From Vulcanimicrobiota bacterium (GTDB lineage: Bacteria; Vulcanimicrobiota; Xenobia; Xenobiales; JADMJV01): a stretch of 64,000 bases of DNA. The DNA is taken from positions 3,392,139 through 3,456,138 of the forward strand of contig JBFWNU010000001.1 of the NCBI GenBank assembly GCA_050250895.1, given 5' to 3'. The notes beneath the pieces are model-generated. The model was not told the DNA's origin. It did not search any database and saw only the letters and a list, made by a program, of their open reading frames with translations. Below are positions 27,067-36,878 of this stretch, one piece after another (the first letter of the stretch is position 1; each line of letters opens with the position of its first letter). A program made the translations under genes and the position numbers.

Positions 27067-27534
27067 GTCGGCCTCCTCGCGTGGTGTGTGCTTATCTTAT
27101 GGGCCAGGTATGGAGCCGAGGTTGGAAACGAGCCGGAAACATGTTGAAAATTTGTTGCAGTTTGTTGCGGGAATGTTGCCTTTGCGCCAGGGCCTAACTG
27201 CAGGTTCCGGTGGCGATCCCGCAGTTGACCGCATCGGCGGCGCCCAGGCAGGAGTTCGAGCAACAGGCTCGCCACCCCTCGAGAATTTCTCTCCCCAGTC
27301 GCTGGACAACCTGGATTCGAGGGTGGCTAACAGTCGTGGGTCGTTGGCTCGTACCCCCCATCCAACCCCAAGGGTGGTTCGCTCCAGGGTGACTTGCATT
27401 GAGTGGGATTCGGGGAGGCTGGTCGCTATCCTGGTCGTCATATTCGGGCCCGCGGAATAGGAGGATTCTACTGTTAAACTGGTTTTGCCTCGGACGATGG
27501 AGTAAGCGAGGGAGAAAGGCGGAGAGGACGTTCG

Positions 27535-28179
27535 ATGCGAATTCTGCTGGTTGCTCCTGGAGCGGCCGAATCCCAGGCCCTGGCCGAGGAGCTGCGACGG
27601 CTCCTGGCGCTCGAGGTCGTCATCGTCAGTAGCGCCGATGATGCTCTGTACCAACTGCGCGATGCTCGCGACTTTGCGTTAGTGGTGACCGAACTAGACT
27701 TGCGCGGCCAGTCCGGGCTCGAGCTGGCGGCCACGGTGAGGAGCCGGCAACGCACGCGCCATATCCCCATTCTCGTCTGCGGCGAGGATACCACCACGGA
27801 CACCATCGTGGCTCTCGCCCGCGTGGGTATCCGTCACTACCTGGCCAAGCCGTTTTCGGCCGAGGCGTTGCGCGCCAAGTTGCGGGCTTGCTTTGAGACC
27901 GGCGCGGTCAGGCTGCCCCGAAAGCAGCGCCTGATGTTGCTGCTGGAGCTTGATGACGAGGGCGTCGAGGAATTGACGACCTTTCTGGCCGACTCGATCG
28001 GCCAGCTGGTCGAGCAATTCGAATGTTCCCCCGGAATGCTCTCTTCGGTCGGCCAGCTCTTGTTGCCTGAAGTCTGGAGCAAAGTCGAGCAAGCCCAGTT
28101 GGCCAAACATCAGGGCGTGTCCATTGTCAGGCGCCTCGAGGCCTACCGCGCGGAGCGGCGCAACCGGGCTCTAGGCTGA
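27535..28179 (+). CDS. Atypical (pseudo-)receiver domain protein
   Basis: REC fold (RILLV, LVVTELDL..QSGLEL, PILV, YLAKPF). The phospho-Asp position is Glu and the acidic pocket is absent. Confidence 0.75.
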   Translation: MRILLVAPGAAESQALAEELRRLLALEVVIVSSADDALYQLRDARDFALVVTELDLRGQSGLELAATVRSRQRTRHIPILVCGEDTTTDTIVALARVGIRHYLAKPFSAEALRAKLRACFETGAVRLPRKQRLMLLLELDDEGVEELTTFLADSIGQLVEQFECSPGMLSSVGQLLLPEVWSKVEQAQLAKHQGVSIVRRLEAYRAERRNRALG

Positions 28180-28285
28180 CTCTCCCGTTCACATGCTTGT
28201 TACATGGCCTGGGAGCCAGCCGAGATCGGACCGACCTTCGAGCTCTAACATCATCCCAGACCACAACGTGAAGGGATACACACAC

Positions 28286-28975
28286 ATGATCATTTCGCCG
28301 CACCAACACGCCCACTCCGGTAACTTCCTGGCTGGCCCGACGGGTGGGCACCACCACGGTCCAGTCGGCGGCTCATCGAGCCAGCCCGGAGACCGCATCC
28401 AAATCTCCATGGAGGCTCAAATGTCGGTAGGCACCGGCGGTCGGCAGTCGGCCAATCCATTGCTGGCTGGGCTGCAGGACAACTTTGGCCCTCAGGGAGC
28501 CAATCAGTGCGGCCGCCCGGGTCAGGGGGGCGCCAGGGGCGCCGAGGCCCGGCTGCGACGCGGACTAGAGCGCTGCCAGCAGGCCCGGAGCCCCAGGCAG
28601 CGCCAGGCGGCGGGAACCGAACTGAGGAACGAGTACCAGAGCTGCAAAGCCCAGCAGGTTCGCCTGAATCCGGGGCTTGAGGTCAAAGTTCTCTTGACCC
28701 TGTTGATGATGGGAGCGGGCGACCAGCAGGGCGGCCAGGCGGGCGGCGGGCAACAGTGCCCCGGGGGCCAGGGCGAGTCGGGCGACCGCGGTGGCTGCCA
28801 CAAGCCCAAGGACAAAGACAAGTGCAAGGACAAGCACCACGACCGCGACCACGACCACGACAAAGGCAAACGCTGCAAAGACAAGCAAAAAGCTGAGCCG
28901 AACCGCCTTCGGGAGATCACCCACGGGCCCAAGGGCGGTCCGGCCCGGATCGGGGGAACGACCAGGGTCGCCTGA
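28286..28975 (+). CDS. Hypothetical low-complexity protein with a His/Asp/Lys/Cys-rich tail
   Basis: MIISPHQHAH; DRIQIS motif; CHKPKDKDKCKDKHHDRDHDHD. Confidence 0.6.
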   Translation: MIISPHQHAHSGNFLAGPTGGHHHGPVGGSSSQPGDRIQISMEAQMSVGTGGRQSANPLLAGLQDNFGPQGANQCGRPGQGGARGAEARLRRGLERCQQARSPRQRQAAGTELRNEYQSCKAQQVRLNPGLEVKVLLTLLMMGAGDQQGGQAGGGQQCPGGQGESGDRGGCHKPKDKDKCKDKHHDRDHDHDKGKRCKDKQKAEPNRLREITHGPKGGPARIGGTTRVA

Positions 28976-31900
28976 TTCGTCTTATTGCTTCTGGGCACGC
29001 ATCGTGCCCAGGAGCTCGGGCGAGGGCATCGGCGTAGGTGGTCAATAGTTGAATTTCCTCAGGGCCGAACGCTAGCGGATCTCGATCGCACAGGTGTAGC
29101 ACTCCCAACAGGTCTTGTTCGGTGGAGAGAGGGATAGTGATGGACCGGCCGTGAGCGTCATCGGAGTGGCTGACGGGACGCAACAATCGCTGCGAACCCT
29201 CGCCTCGTCCCAACATGGCCTTGAAGATGGGGTGGACGTGCTCGCTTGGATCTGGATCGCCAGCCTGTGAGACTCTCTCCAATTCCATCGGAACGCGCCA
29301 ATCCGTGAATCCCACCCAGGCCCCCGTGTAGCCAGCCCGATCGACCATGGTCTGGCAGACATTGGCAACCAGCTCCTGTTCGGGAGTGTCGAGATCGGTT
29401 CGGGCCAAAATCGGCAACAAGGTGAGCAGTTGCCGGCTTTTGGCAAAAAGCCGCCCGGCCTGGCGCTGGAGAGTGACATTTTCGCCCGAGCAAAGCAGTC
29501 CCACCGGCTGCCCGGCGGCGTCCCTTAGGATGGCCCGGCGGAAGAAAAAGTGCTGACGCCCCTGGCTGGTCTGCAAGCTCCCTTCCCAGCCCCGCGGGAA
29601 TTCGCCCTGGCCGAGGAAAAAGAGGCGACCCTCAGCTGCCGGCTCGGGCTGCGATGCGTCCAGAATACTCAAACCCAGGCTAAGACCCGTATCGTGATCC
29701 GACGGCGAGTTGAGGCGACAAATTCGGCCCTGCTCGTCGATCACCATCAAAAGGCCTCCGGCCAGTTCAAAGAGCTGAGCAAGGTCGGTCTCCTGCTCGC
29801 TCACCACCAGCCGCTCCAAGGCACCATGACTATCGAGTAGCGGGGCCAGGCCGAGCGTGCAGGCTACAGGTTGGCCGGCCTGTGACCGGTAGACCGTCTG
29901 GGTCAAGGCGCGTCCCCGGGTCAACTGCTCCCATACCGGTTCGTTGCGAGTCAACTGGCCAAGCAGCTTCGCGGGGTCGGGTTCTTCTCGGTCACGGTAA
30001 CGAGAGTTGGCGAATTGGACGGTGCCCTGGGAGTCGGTCAGCAGAAGGGGAAAGGGGCAGTGCTCAGCCGCCAGCGAGGACGGCAGGGCACGCTCGAAGG
30101 CCACCTTTTGCGGGGTGATATCCACGAAGGTCAACACCGCTCCCACAATAATGTTCTCGAGGGTCCGATACGGCATGATGCGGAGCGAATAGAAGCGTCC
30201 ATCGCGACCGGTCACCTCCACCTCGTGGCTCACCAGGGTGGCCAGAACCTCACGCACATCCTCGACCAGTCTGGCTTGATCGTAGTCTAGCCGCGGCGCA
30301 ATGTCGCTCAGCGGCCGCCCAACATCAGACGGAATGAGATGACTAACCTGGGTGGCAGAGGGGGTAAAGCGCACGATGCTCAAGTCGTTTCCCACGAAGA
30401 TCATGGCAATCTCGGTGCTGCTGAGCAGATTGGTCATGTCGGCGGCCGTCTGGAGCAAGTCCTCGTTTTTTGCTCGAAACTCGACATTCACGGTGGTCAG
30501 CTCTTCATTGAGCGATTGCAACTCTTCTTTGGATGTCTCCAACTCTTCGTTGGTGCTTTGCAGCTCCTCGTTGGAGGATTGCAGCTCCTCGTTAGCTGCC
30601 TTGAGTTCTTCGTTGCTGGTCTCGAGTTCTTCGATGGTGGCGCGCAGATATTGCTGAGCCGCGATGAGATCGCTCTCGAGTTCACGCACCCGCCGACCGT
30701 CGCTGGCCGCTTCCTCGGACTGTCCCGGGGCTTGCCTGGAACGAAATACGACCAGCAAAGAACCGGCTGAGCCAGGACCGAGGGGCTCGACGGTGGCGTC
30801 GACCAGCCAGGCCTCGCCCCCGTCTTCCAACCTTATGCCCTCAAACGAGACGGCCTTGCCGGTCTGGGCAACCTGGGCCACGGACGTCATCAGGCTAACC
30901 CTCAGTTCCTTTTTGGCCAGGGCCATGAGGTTGAGGGTCGCCTCCCCGCGCGGAGGGTCCAGGAACCGACCCGAAGGACCGTGGATGTAGACCACCTCGC
31001 CGCGGTGGTCGACCACTACCCCGGTGGGGCAGTGCCGTTCTAGCAAGGCGGCTTGAACCGAGAGCTTGACGTCAGGGACGGGGGCAAGCGGCCGTCGGCC
31101 GGCCGGAAACGGGGCCTGGGCGGGTGCCCTGGGGAGCGAAAGAGGCGTGTTCCAGGGCGTAGGGATGTCGGTCTTGACAAAGAGCTTCCAGCGCTTGTCG
31201 AGGACCTCGAACAGATCCGACTCGCCGATCGTTTCCGAGTTGCCCAGGAAGAGGATCCCGCCGGGCTTGAGGGCGTAGTGAAAGAGCCCCAGGATACGTT
31301 GCTGCAACTCGGGTTGCAGGTAAATCAACAGGTTGCGGCAGCTGATGAGGTCCAGCCTCGAAAAGGGGGGGTCGTTGAGCAGGCTTTGCTCGGCGAATAT
31401 CAGCACGTCGCGAAGCCGCTGGCGAACATGATAGGAGTTTCCGATTTTGTCGAAGTAGGCCGTCAGCCGCTCGGGGGCCACATCCAGGGCGATTCCCTCC
31501 GGGTAGATTCCCCTGCGGGCGATGTCGATGGCGCTGGCATCGATATCGCTTGCGAATACGGCGACTTTTAGCCGCCGCCCGATGGCTTCCAGCCGCTCGA
31601 GCAAAAGCATCGCGATAGAATAGGCCTCCTCCCCTGTCGAACAAGCCGGGACCCAGGCCCTGACCACATCATCGGGTCCTCGGCTCTCGTCGAGCAGGCT
31701 AGCAATGACCTCTTCGAGGCTTTGGAAGGCGTCTGGGTCCCGGAAGAAGCTGGTAACCCCGATGAGCAGTTCTCTCGAGAGGCGGTCGAGCTCGGTCGGC
31801 TCTGCTTGCAGAAAAGCCAGATACTCCGCCAGTCCGTCGATGCGCTGGCGAGCCATGCGGCGTTCGACCCGGCGTCGAATGGTGTTCTCTTTGTAGAGCG

Positions 31901-32558
31901 AAAAATCGTGGCCCGTCCGTGTTCGGAGCACAAGGAGCAGGTCTTTGAGCGAGGGGCCGGCCTCCTCGTCCGGCCATGCCTGGGCTTGCGGCCCCGGCAC
32001 CAGGAGAAGCCGGCTCAGTCGGGAGGGCATGTCCTCTACTGCCAGGGTCCAGTCGACCACGCCTGCCGTGAGGGCGCTACGCGGCATGGCATCGTATTCG
32101 GCTCCGGTAGGATCTTGAACGGCCGTCACTCCACCGCTCTCTTTGATGGCCGCCAGACCCAGGGTCCCGTCGGAACCGGTCCCGGAGAGGATCAGGCCGG
32201 CCCCAAACTCACCAGCCTCCTGGGCCAGGGAACGGAAGAAGAAGTCGATGGGAGTCAGGGGGCTGCCGGGCGAGGCGAGTTCGACCAGCTGAAAATGCTG
32301 CCGGAAGAGCCTCGTGTAAGCGCCCGGGGGGGATACATAGACGGTGTTGGGCGCGATCGGCATACCGTCCTCGATCTCTACCACCGGGATCTGGGTATGC
32401 TTGCTCAACAGTTCTGGTAGCAGGCTGCGATGCCCAGGCTTGGCGTGTTGCACGATGACAAAGGCCATGCCCGGCTCGGACGGGACGTGTTCCAGGAACG
32501 CCTCAAGCGGCTTGAGGCCTCCGGCCGAGGCGCCGATGCCGACCACGGGAAACTTCAC
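28917..32558 (-). CDS. CheB methylesterase-CheR methyltransferase-coiled coil-PAS-GAF fusion
   Basis: GASAGG, VQH, GSDG (CheB); LLIGVTSFFRD, ACSTGEEAYS, SCRNLLIY (CheR); NEELQS repeats; PAS and GAF domains. Confidence 0.92.
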   Translation of the reverse strand: MKFPVVGIGASAGGLKPLEAFLEHVPSEPGMAFVIVQHAKPGHRSLLPELLSKHTQIPVVEIEDGMPIAPNTVYVSPPGAYTRLFRQHFQLVELASPGSPLTPIDFFFRSLAQEAGEFGAGLILSGTGSDGTLGLAAIKESGGVTAVQDPTGAEYDAMPRSALTAGVVDWTLAVEDMPSRLSRLLLVPGPQAQAWPDEEAGPSLKDLLLVLRTRTGHDFSLYKENTIRRRVERRMARQRIDGLAEYLAFLQAEPTELDRLSRELLIGVTSFFRDPDAFQSLEEVIASLLDESRGPDDVVRAWVPACSTGEEAYSIAMLLLERLEAIGRRLKVAVFASDIDASAIDIARRGIYPEGIALDVAPERLTAYFDKIGNSYHVRQRLRDVLIFAEQSLLNDPPFSRLDLISCRNLLIYLQPELQQRILGLFHYALKPGGILFLGNSETIGESDLFEVLDKRWKLFVKTDIPTPWNTPLSLPRAPAQAPFPAGRRPLAPVPDVKLSVQAALLERHCPTGVVVDHRGEVVYIHGPSGRFLDPPRGEATLNLMALAKKELRVSLMTSVAQVAQTGKAVSFEGIRLEDGGEAWLVDATVEPLGPGSAGSLLVVFRSRQAPGQSEEAASDGRRVRELESDLIAAQQYLRATIEELETSNEELKAANEELQSSNEELQSTNEELETSKEELQSLNEELTTVNVEFRAKNEDLLQTAADMTNLLSSTEIAMIFVGNDLSIVRFTPSATQVSHLIPSDVGRPLSDIAPRLDYDQARLVEDVREVLATLVSHEVEVTGRDGRFYSLRIMPYRTLENIIVGAVLTFVDITPQKVAFERALPSSLAAEHCPFPLLLTDSQGTVQFANSRYRDREEPDPAKLLGQLTRNEPVWEQLTRGRALTQTVYRSQAGQPVACTLGLAPLLDSHGALERLVVSEQETDLAQLFELAGGLLMVIDEQGRICRLNSPSDHDTGLSLGLSILDASQPEPAAEGRLFFLGQGEFPRGWEGSLQTSQGRQHFFFRRAILRDAAGQPVGLLCSGENVTLQRQAGRLFAKSRQLLTLLPILARTDLDTPEQELVANVCQTMVDRAGYTGAWVGFTDWRVPMELERVSQAGDPDPSEHVHPIFKAMLGRGEGSQRLLRPVSHSDDAHGRSITIPLSTEQDLLGVLHLCDRDPLAFGPEEIQLLTTYADALARAPGHDACPEAIRRIRRPWSFPRSGPDRPWARG

Positions 32559-32594
32559 GGGCGCGTCTTCTCCACGAGGTGGTTCGTGGCCTCG

Positions 32595-34903
32595 TCAGAG
32601 GTCCATCGGCAAAACAACCCGGACGGTGGTGCCCCGGCCGGCCTCGGAAAGCACTCGGATTTCGCCCAGGTGCCGGCGGACGATACCCAGCGCTTCGGAA
32701 AGCCCCATCCCTCGCCCCAGGCATTTGGTGCTGTAGAAGGGCTCGAACATGCGAGACTTCTGCTCCTGGGTCATGCCTTTGCCCGTGTCGGAAACCTCCA
32801 GGTAGGCGCGCGGCTTCTCGCCGCTCAGGACTCCCACGCTCAGCGTGACTTTGCCGGCCTCGGGAGGAAGTGCCTCGACGGCATTCCCTACCAGGTTGCG
32901 GATCAGGATCTTCATCAGGGCGGGGTCGCCCCAAACCTCGGCCTCAGGTTGCTCGAAACGCATTTCCAGGCTGGAAGTCCCCACCATGGCTCGCAACTCG
33001 GGCTCCAACGAGCGTAGCAGCTGACCCAGGCTCTGTCGCCTGGGCAGAAAGGCGCCCTCGCCCGAATAGGACAGCATCTTTTGGCATAGTTCACCGGCCC
33101 GGCGGGCGGCCGTTTCGATCTCGGCGAACTGCTCCTGGCTCGGGTCGTGAGGGTCGGCTTGGGCCGCCAGGAGATCGACGTAACCACTTGAAGCCAATTG
33201 TTGAAATCATGGGCCACCCCCGCCGAGAGTCTCCCCAGTCCTTCATGGCGGCGTGCGGTCTCTAGCTCGGCCCGCAACTGAGCCGCCTTGCGTTCGCTCT
33301 CGCGCTGGCTGGTCACGTCGCTAATCACGACCCTCAGACGCGCGTCTCCCGGCTCGGGACGACTCTCGAATCGGGCCAGGAATGGTCCTCGGTTTCCGCC
33401 CCGCATGCGAACCTCGCAAGTCGACACCTCGCCGACAGCCAGGCGCGCGAGTTCACGGGCGTCCGCCTCCACTGCCAGAGTTGCCAATCTCACCCCGGCC
33501 AGCTCTCGGCGTTGGATTCCCAGTAGCCAGGTGGCCGTCAAGTTGGCCGAACGAACTCTCCCGGCTTGATCCAGGGTCAGATAGCCCACCGGGGCGTGTT
33601 CGTAGAGGTCGCGGTAGTTGTCGCGACTGGCCTCGAGCTCCCGTTGGGCTCGTTGAAGCTCTTCGTTCTGCAGCTCGAGTTCGAGGTGGTGAACCTGGAG
33701 TTCGTGCAGCAGATGAGCCACTCGGTCGGGGGTCAACTCGGCCAGTTCGGCTTGTTCGGCGGAGTTGGGTGGGCGGGTCTCGAGCAGGTGCAGGGCGCGG
33801 TCGCGCAGGCGCGAGAAGACGCGAGGCAACACCTCGCCGAGCAGCCGCGCCTGTTCGGCACTGGGGCTCGAGTCCTGAGGACGTTCGAGCGGGATGACCA
33901 CGGTCACGGTGGTGCCTTCCCCCGGGCTCGTCTCGAGCTTGCAGTGCCCCCCAAAGAGTTCCGCCCTTTCCCTGATCGAATCGAGTCCCACCCCGTTTCC
34001 GTCGGGCCGGGCCGACTCGTGCTGGGAGCCCCGTCCCTGGTCGCTGACGCTGAGCCACACCTTCTGATCGGCCTCCGCCAGTGTCACTCTGGCAGAGGCC
34101 GAGCCAGAGTGTCTCACGACATTGCTGAGGGCTTCTTGAACGATTCTAATCAGGTTGCTCTGCAGAAGCGGGGCCACCCGATCGACCAGGGTCGGCTCGA
34201 GCTCAAGCCGCACCTCGAGGTCGGTTTCGTTGCGCACCCGTTCGATGACCCGCTCGAGAGCTGGCAATAGACCGGTCTCTTCCAGCCCGCTCGGGCGCAG
34301 TTGGTCGACCAATTTTCGCCCCTCGGCCACGGCTTCGTCGAGGGCGCCCGTGACTACCTCAAACAGCGAGCCAGTCTTCGGGTCAAGGTTTTGTCCGAGC
34401 TTCTCGAGGGTGAGCCTGGCTCCGATGATCTGCTGGAGCAGACCGTCGTGAAGTTCTCGGGCAACATGGATTCGCTCGGCTTCCTGAGCCTCGAGCAGAC
34501 CGCTGGCAACCCCCTTCAGCCTTTCTTTGGCCACCTCGAGGGCCTTGCGTTCCCGCATTTCGCGGCGCAGATCGTGGAGTATCAGAGTATGGCAGGATAG
34601 GTTCGCGGATGACCACAAGGCCAGCTGGCACTCCACCGGGAGGGCGAGACCATCGGCCCCTACCAGCCAGGCCAGATGACTCGTCGAGGGTTCGGGAGAC
34701 AGCGCTTGAAGCCACTCGCTCAGATCGGACCAACTCGAGGCCAGCCACTCGTCCGGTCGGGTGGGTAGCCGTCCGGCCACCCCCAACCACTTGAGCACGG
34801 CAGCACTGGCTCTAAGAACGCGGCCGTCTCCATCGATGGTCAGAATGGCCACGGAGGTCGAATTGAAAAAATCGCTCGGCGAGCGGTCCAAACCTGGCTG
34901 CAT
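32595..34903 (-). pseudogene. Frameshifted double histidine kinase (PAS-HisKA_3-HATPase-PAS-HisKA-HATPase)
   Basis: ARELHDG, QEALSNVVRH, DQGRG, GVGL; then AHDFNNWLQ, a frame change near 33190, and GYVDLL...NAVEA, DTGKGM, FYSTK, GRGMGL. Confidence 0.8.
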
Positions 34904-35185
34904 GTCACCCCCGGCCAGGCGCAAAATGGCGACCCTCGCGGGACCGCCGCGGCTCACACCTGGACACGGCCAACTTCGTTTGTCGATATCGTTCACCTGT
35001 CGAATGGGTCCGAAAAGCATTTTGGGCCCGCTCTGGTTGGCTTGAAGGCATCTGGAGGAAGGCGGCTAATTACCTCCTCGGGGGGGTTTACGCTACGGTG
35101 TGTCCGACGCCATCGGCGACGGCGAAGTGGACCCTTCAAGACGTTTCGACCGTGTCGGTTGGTGCGGTGTTGAGGAGTTGCTTTA

Positions 35186-36238
35186 ATGAATGTCACGAGC
35201 GCTAAGATCCTGGTCGTCGACGATGACTCGGGGGTCGTTCGGCTGGTAACCAAAGTGCTGCACCAGCAAGGCTACAGCCAGGTCCACGGCACTACCGAGG
35301 CCACCGAGGTGATCGACATCTGCCGGGACTTCCAACCAGATCTGTTATTGCTCGATCTGAACATGCCGGGCCTGAGCGGGTTGGAGATTTTGGAGTTGTT
35401 ACAGGGCGAGACCTACGACTTCGAGCCTGTCTCGGTCATCGTGCTAACCGGCGAGCGAGCCCGCGAGGCGCGAATCGAGGCCCTGCGTCTGGGGGCCCGA
35501 GATTACATCGTCAAGCCGTTTGATTTCGAGGTGGTGGCCCGCATCAAGAATCTGCTGGAACGCCACCTGCTGAGCAAAGAGGTTTATTTCCACAATCGGG
35601 AGTTAGAAGAAAAGGTGCGTCTGCGCACCGCCGACCTCGAGAACGCCCAGCTCGAGACGGTGAAGCGCCTGGGCATCGCGGCCGAGTATCGAGACGATGA
35701 TACGGGCGTGCACGTGACCCGGATGAGTTCCTACGTGGGGCGATTGGCACGGGCCCTGGGCGAGCCTGAGCGCGGGTCCGACCTGATCCAGTGGGCGGCC
35801 AAGTTGCACGACATCGGCAAAATCGCTATTCCTGACGCCATTCTCTTGAAGCCCGGCAAGTTGACCTTCGAAGAATTCGAGCAGATGAAGCAACACACGG
35901 TCATCGGGGCCAGAATCTTGTCAGGGGCCCAATCGGAATTGTTGCAAATGGCCGAAGTCATCGCCTTGAGTCATCACGAGAAGTGGGACGGGAGCGGTTA
36001 TCCAGAGGGGCTGGCCGGAGACGCTATACCCAGGGTGGCGCGCATGGTGGCGGTGTGCGACGTGTTTGACGCGCTGACTTCGTCGCGGCCCTACAAGAAG
36101 GCCTGGACGGTGGAGGCTGCCCTGGAAGAGATTCGGCGCGGTCGGGGTCAGCATTTCGACCCCGAGCTGGTGGACGTTTTTTTGGAGAATTTCGAAGCGA
36201 TCGTGGGCCGCGAAGGGAGCGCCCTGGGTGAACGGTGA
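35186..36238 (+). CDS. Response regulator with HD-GYP phosphodiesterase (RpfG-like)
   Basis: VVDDD, LLDLNMP; [27 protein letters not shown]. Confidence 0.95.
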   Translation: MNVTSAKILVVDDDSGVVRLVTKVLHQQGYSQVHGTTEATEVIDICRDFQPDLLLLDLNMPGLSGLEILELLQGETYDFEPVSVIVLTGERAREARIEALRLGARDYIVKPFDFEVVARIKNLLERHLLSKEVYFHNRELEEKVRLRTADLENAQLETVKRLGIAAEYRDDDTGVHVTRMSSYVGRLARALGEPERGSDLIQWAAKLHDIGKIAIPDAILLKPGKLTFEEFEQMKQHTVIGARILSGAQSELLQMAEVIALSHHEKWDGSGYPEGLAGDAIPRVARMVAVCDVFDALTSSRPYKKAWTVEAALEEIRRGRGQHFDPELVDVFLENFEAIVGREGSALGER

Positions 36239-36878
36239 CCTGATGGACGACGCGCTGGTGGCCCGGGCGGGTACGGTTTTATTCCCTTTCTTTCGAGCCC
36301 TGGCCCACGACATGGCGGGGCCGCTCACCATCACCCTGGGCACCGTGCAACTCTCGCTTCGCTTGTTGCCAAAGGGGGCAGAATGGCGCGAGGACTTTCA
36401 GGAGATCGAGTCGGCCACCGAGAAGCTTCGAGACTTCACGGGCAACCTGAGCCGCCTGTCACGCTATTTGCCCGAAGAGCGGCAGGACTCGGCTCAGGAA
36501 CTGGTCGACGACCTGGAATACCTGACCACTTCGGTGGCTCGACGCAGTGGCGTGCCTTTTGATTTCGTTCGCCGTGGCCAGACCCGACCTTTCTCGGTGA
36601 AAGGCAACCCCTGGCTGTTGAGGGCAGGGTGCCTCGCTTTGCTCGGCAGCGCGGTCGGCCAGAGCGGCGCCCGGGTCGAGTGCGACTGCACTGACCATCA
36701 GCTCACTTTGAGGCTGGTCGGGGCTCAACACAGCGACGCCGGCTTGCCGCGTCCGGATCAGGCCGGCTGCTTTAGCCTGGGGGTCGAGTTGCTCGAGAGC
36801 CAGGGGGCGAAGATTGCGACCGCCGGAGGCTGTCCCGAGATCACGCTGGTGGCAGCCGAAGACCCGTCTGATGGCTAA
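36228..36878 (+). CDS. Degenerate histidine kinase / putative histidine phosphotransferase
   Basis: H-box [11 protein letters not shown]; no recognisable N/G1/F/G2 boxes in the C-terminal half. Confidence 0.55.
   Translation: MNGDLMDDALVARAGTVLFPFFRALAHDMAGPLTITLGTVQLSLRLLPKGAEWREDFQEIESATEKLRDFTGNLSRLSRYLPEERQDSAQELVDDLEYLTTSVARRSGVPFDFVRRGQTRPFSVKGNPWLLRAGCLALLGSAVGQSGARVECDCTDHQLTLRLVGAQHSDAGLPRPDQAGCFSLGVELLESQGAKIATAGGCPEITLVAAEDPSDG

Noticed and set aside
27190-27400. Small gene between the repeat protein and the pseudo-receiver
   Set aside because: Coding-like stretches switch frames and no consistent start/stop could be supported.
28917-29025. Meaningful C-terminal extension of CheB/CheR overlapping the convergent gene
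   Set aside because: Removing one C near 29019 gives a clean ...ALAELLGTMRAQKQ* end with no overlap, so a 1-nt indel is more likely.
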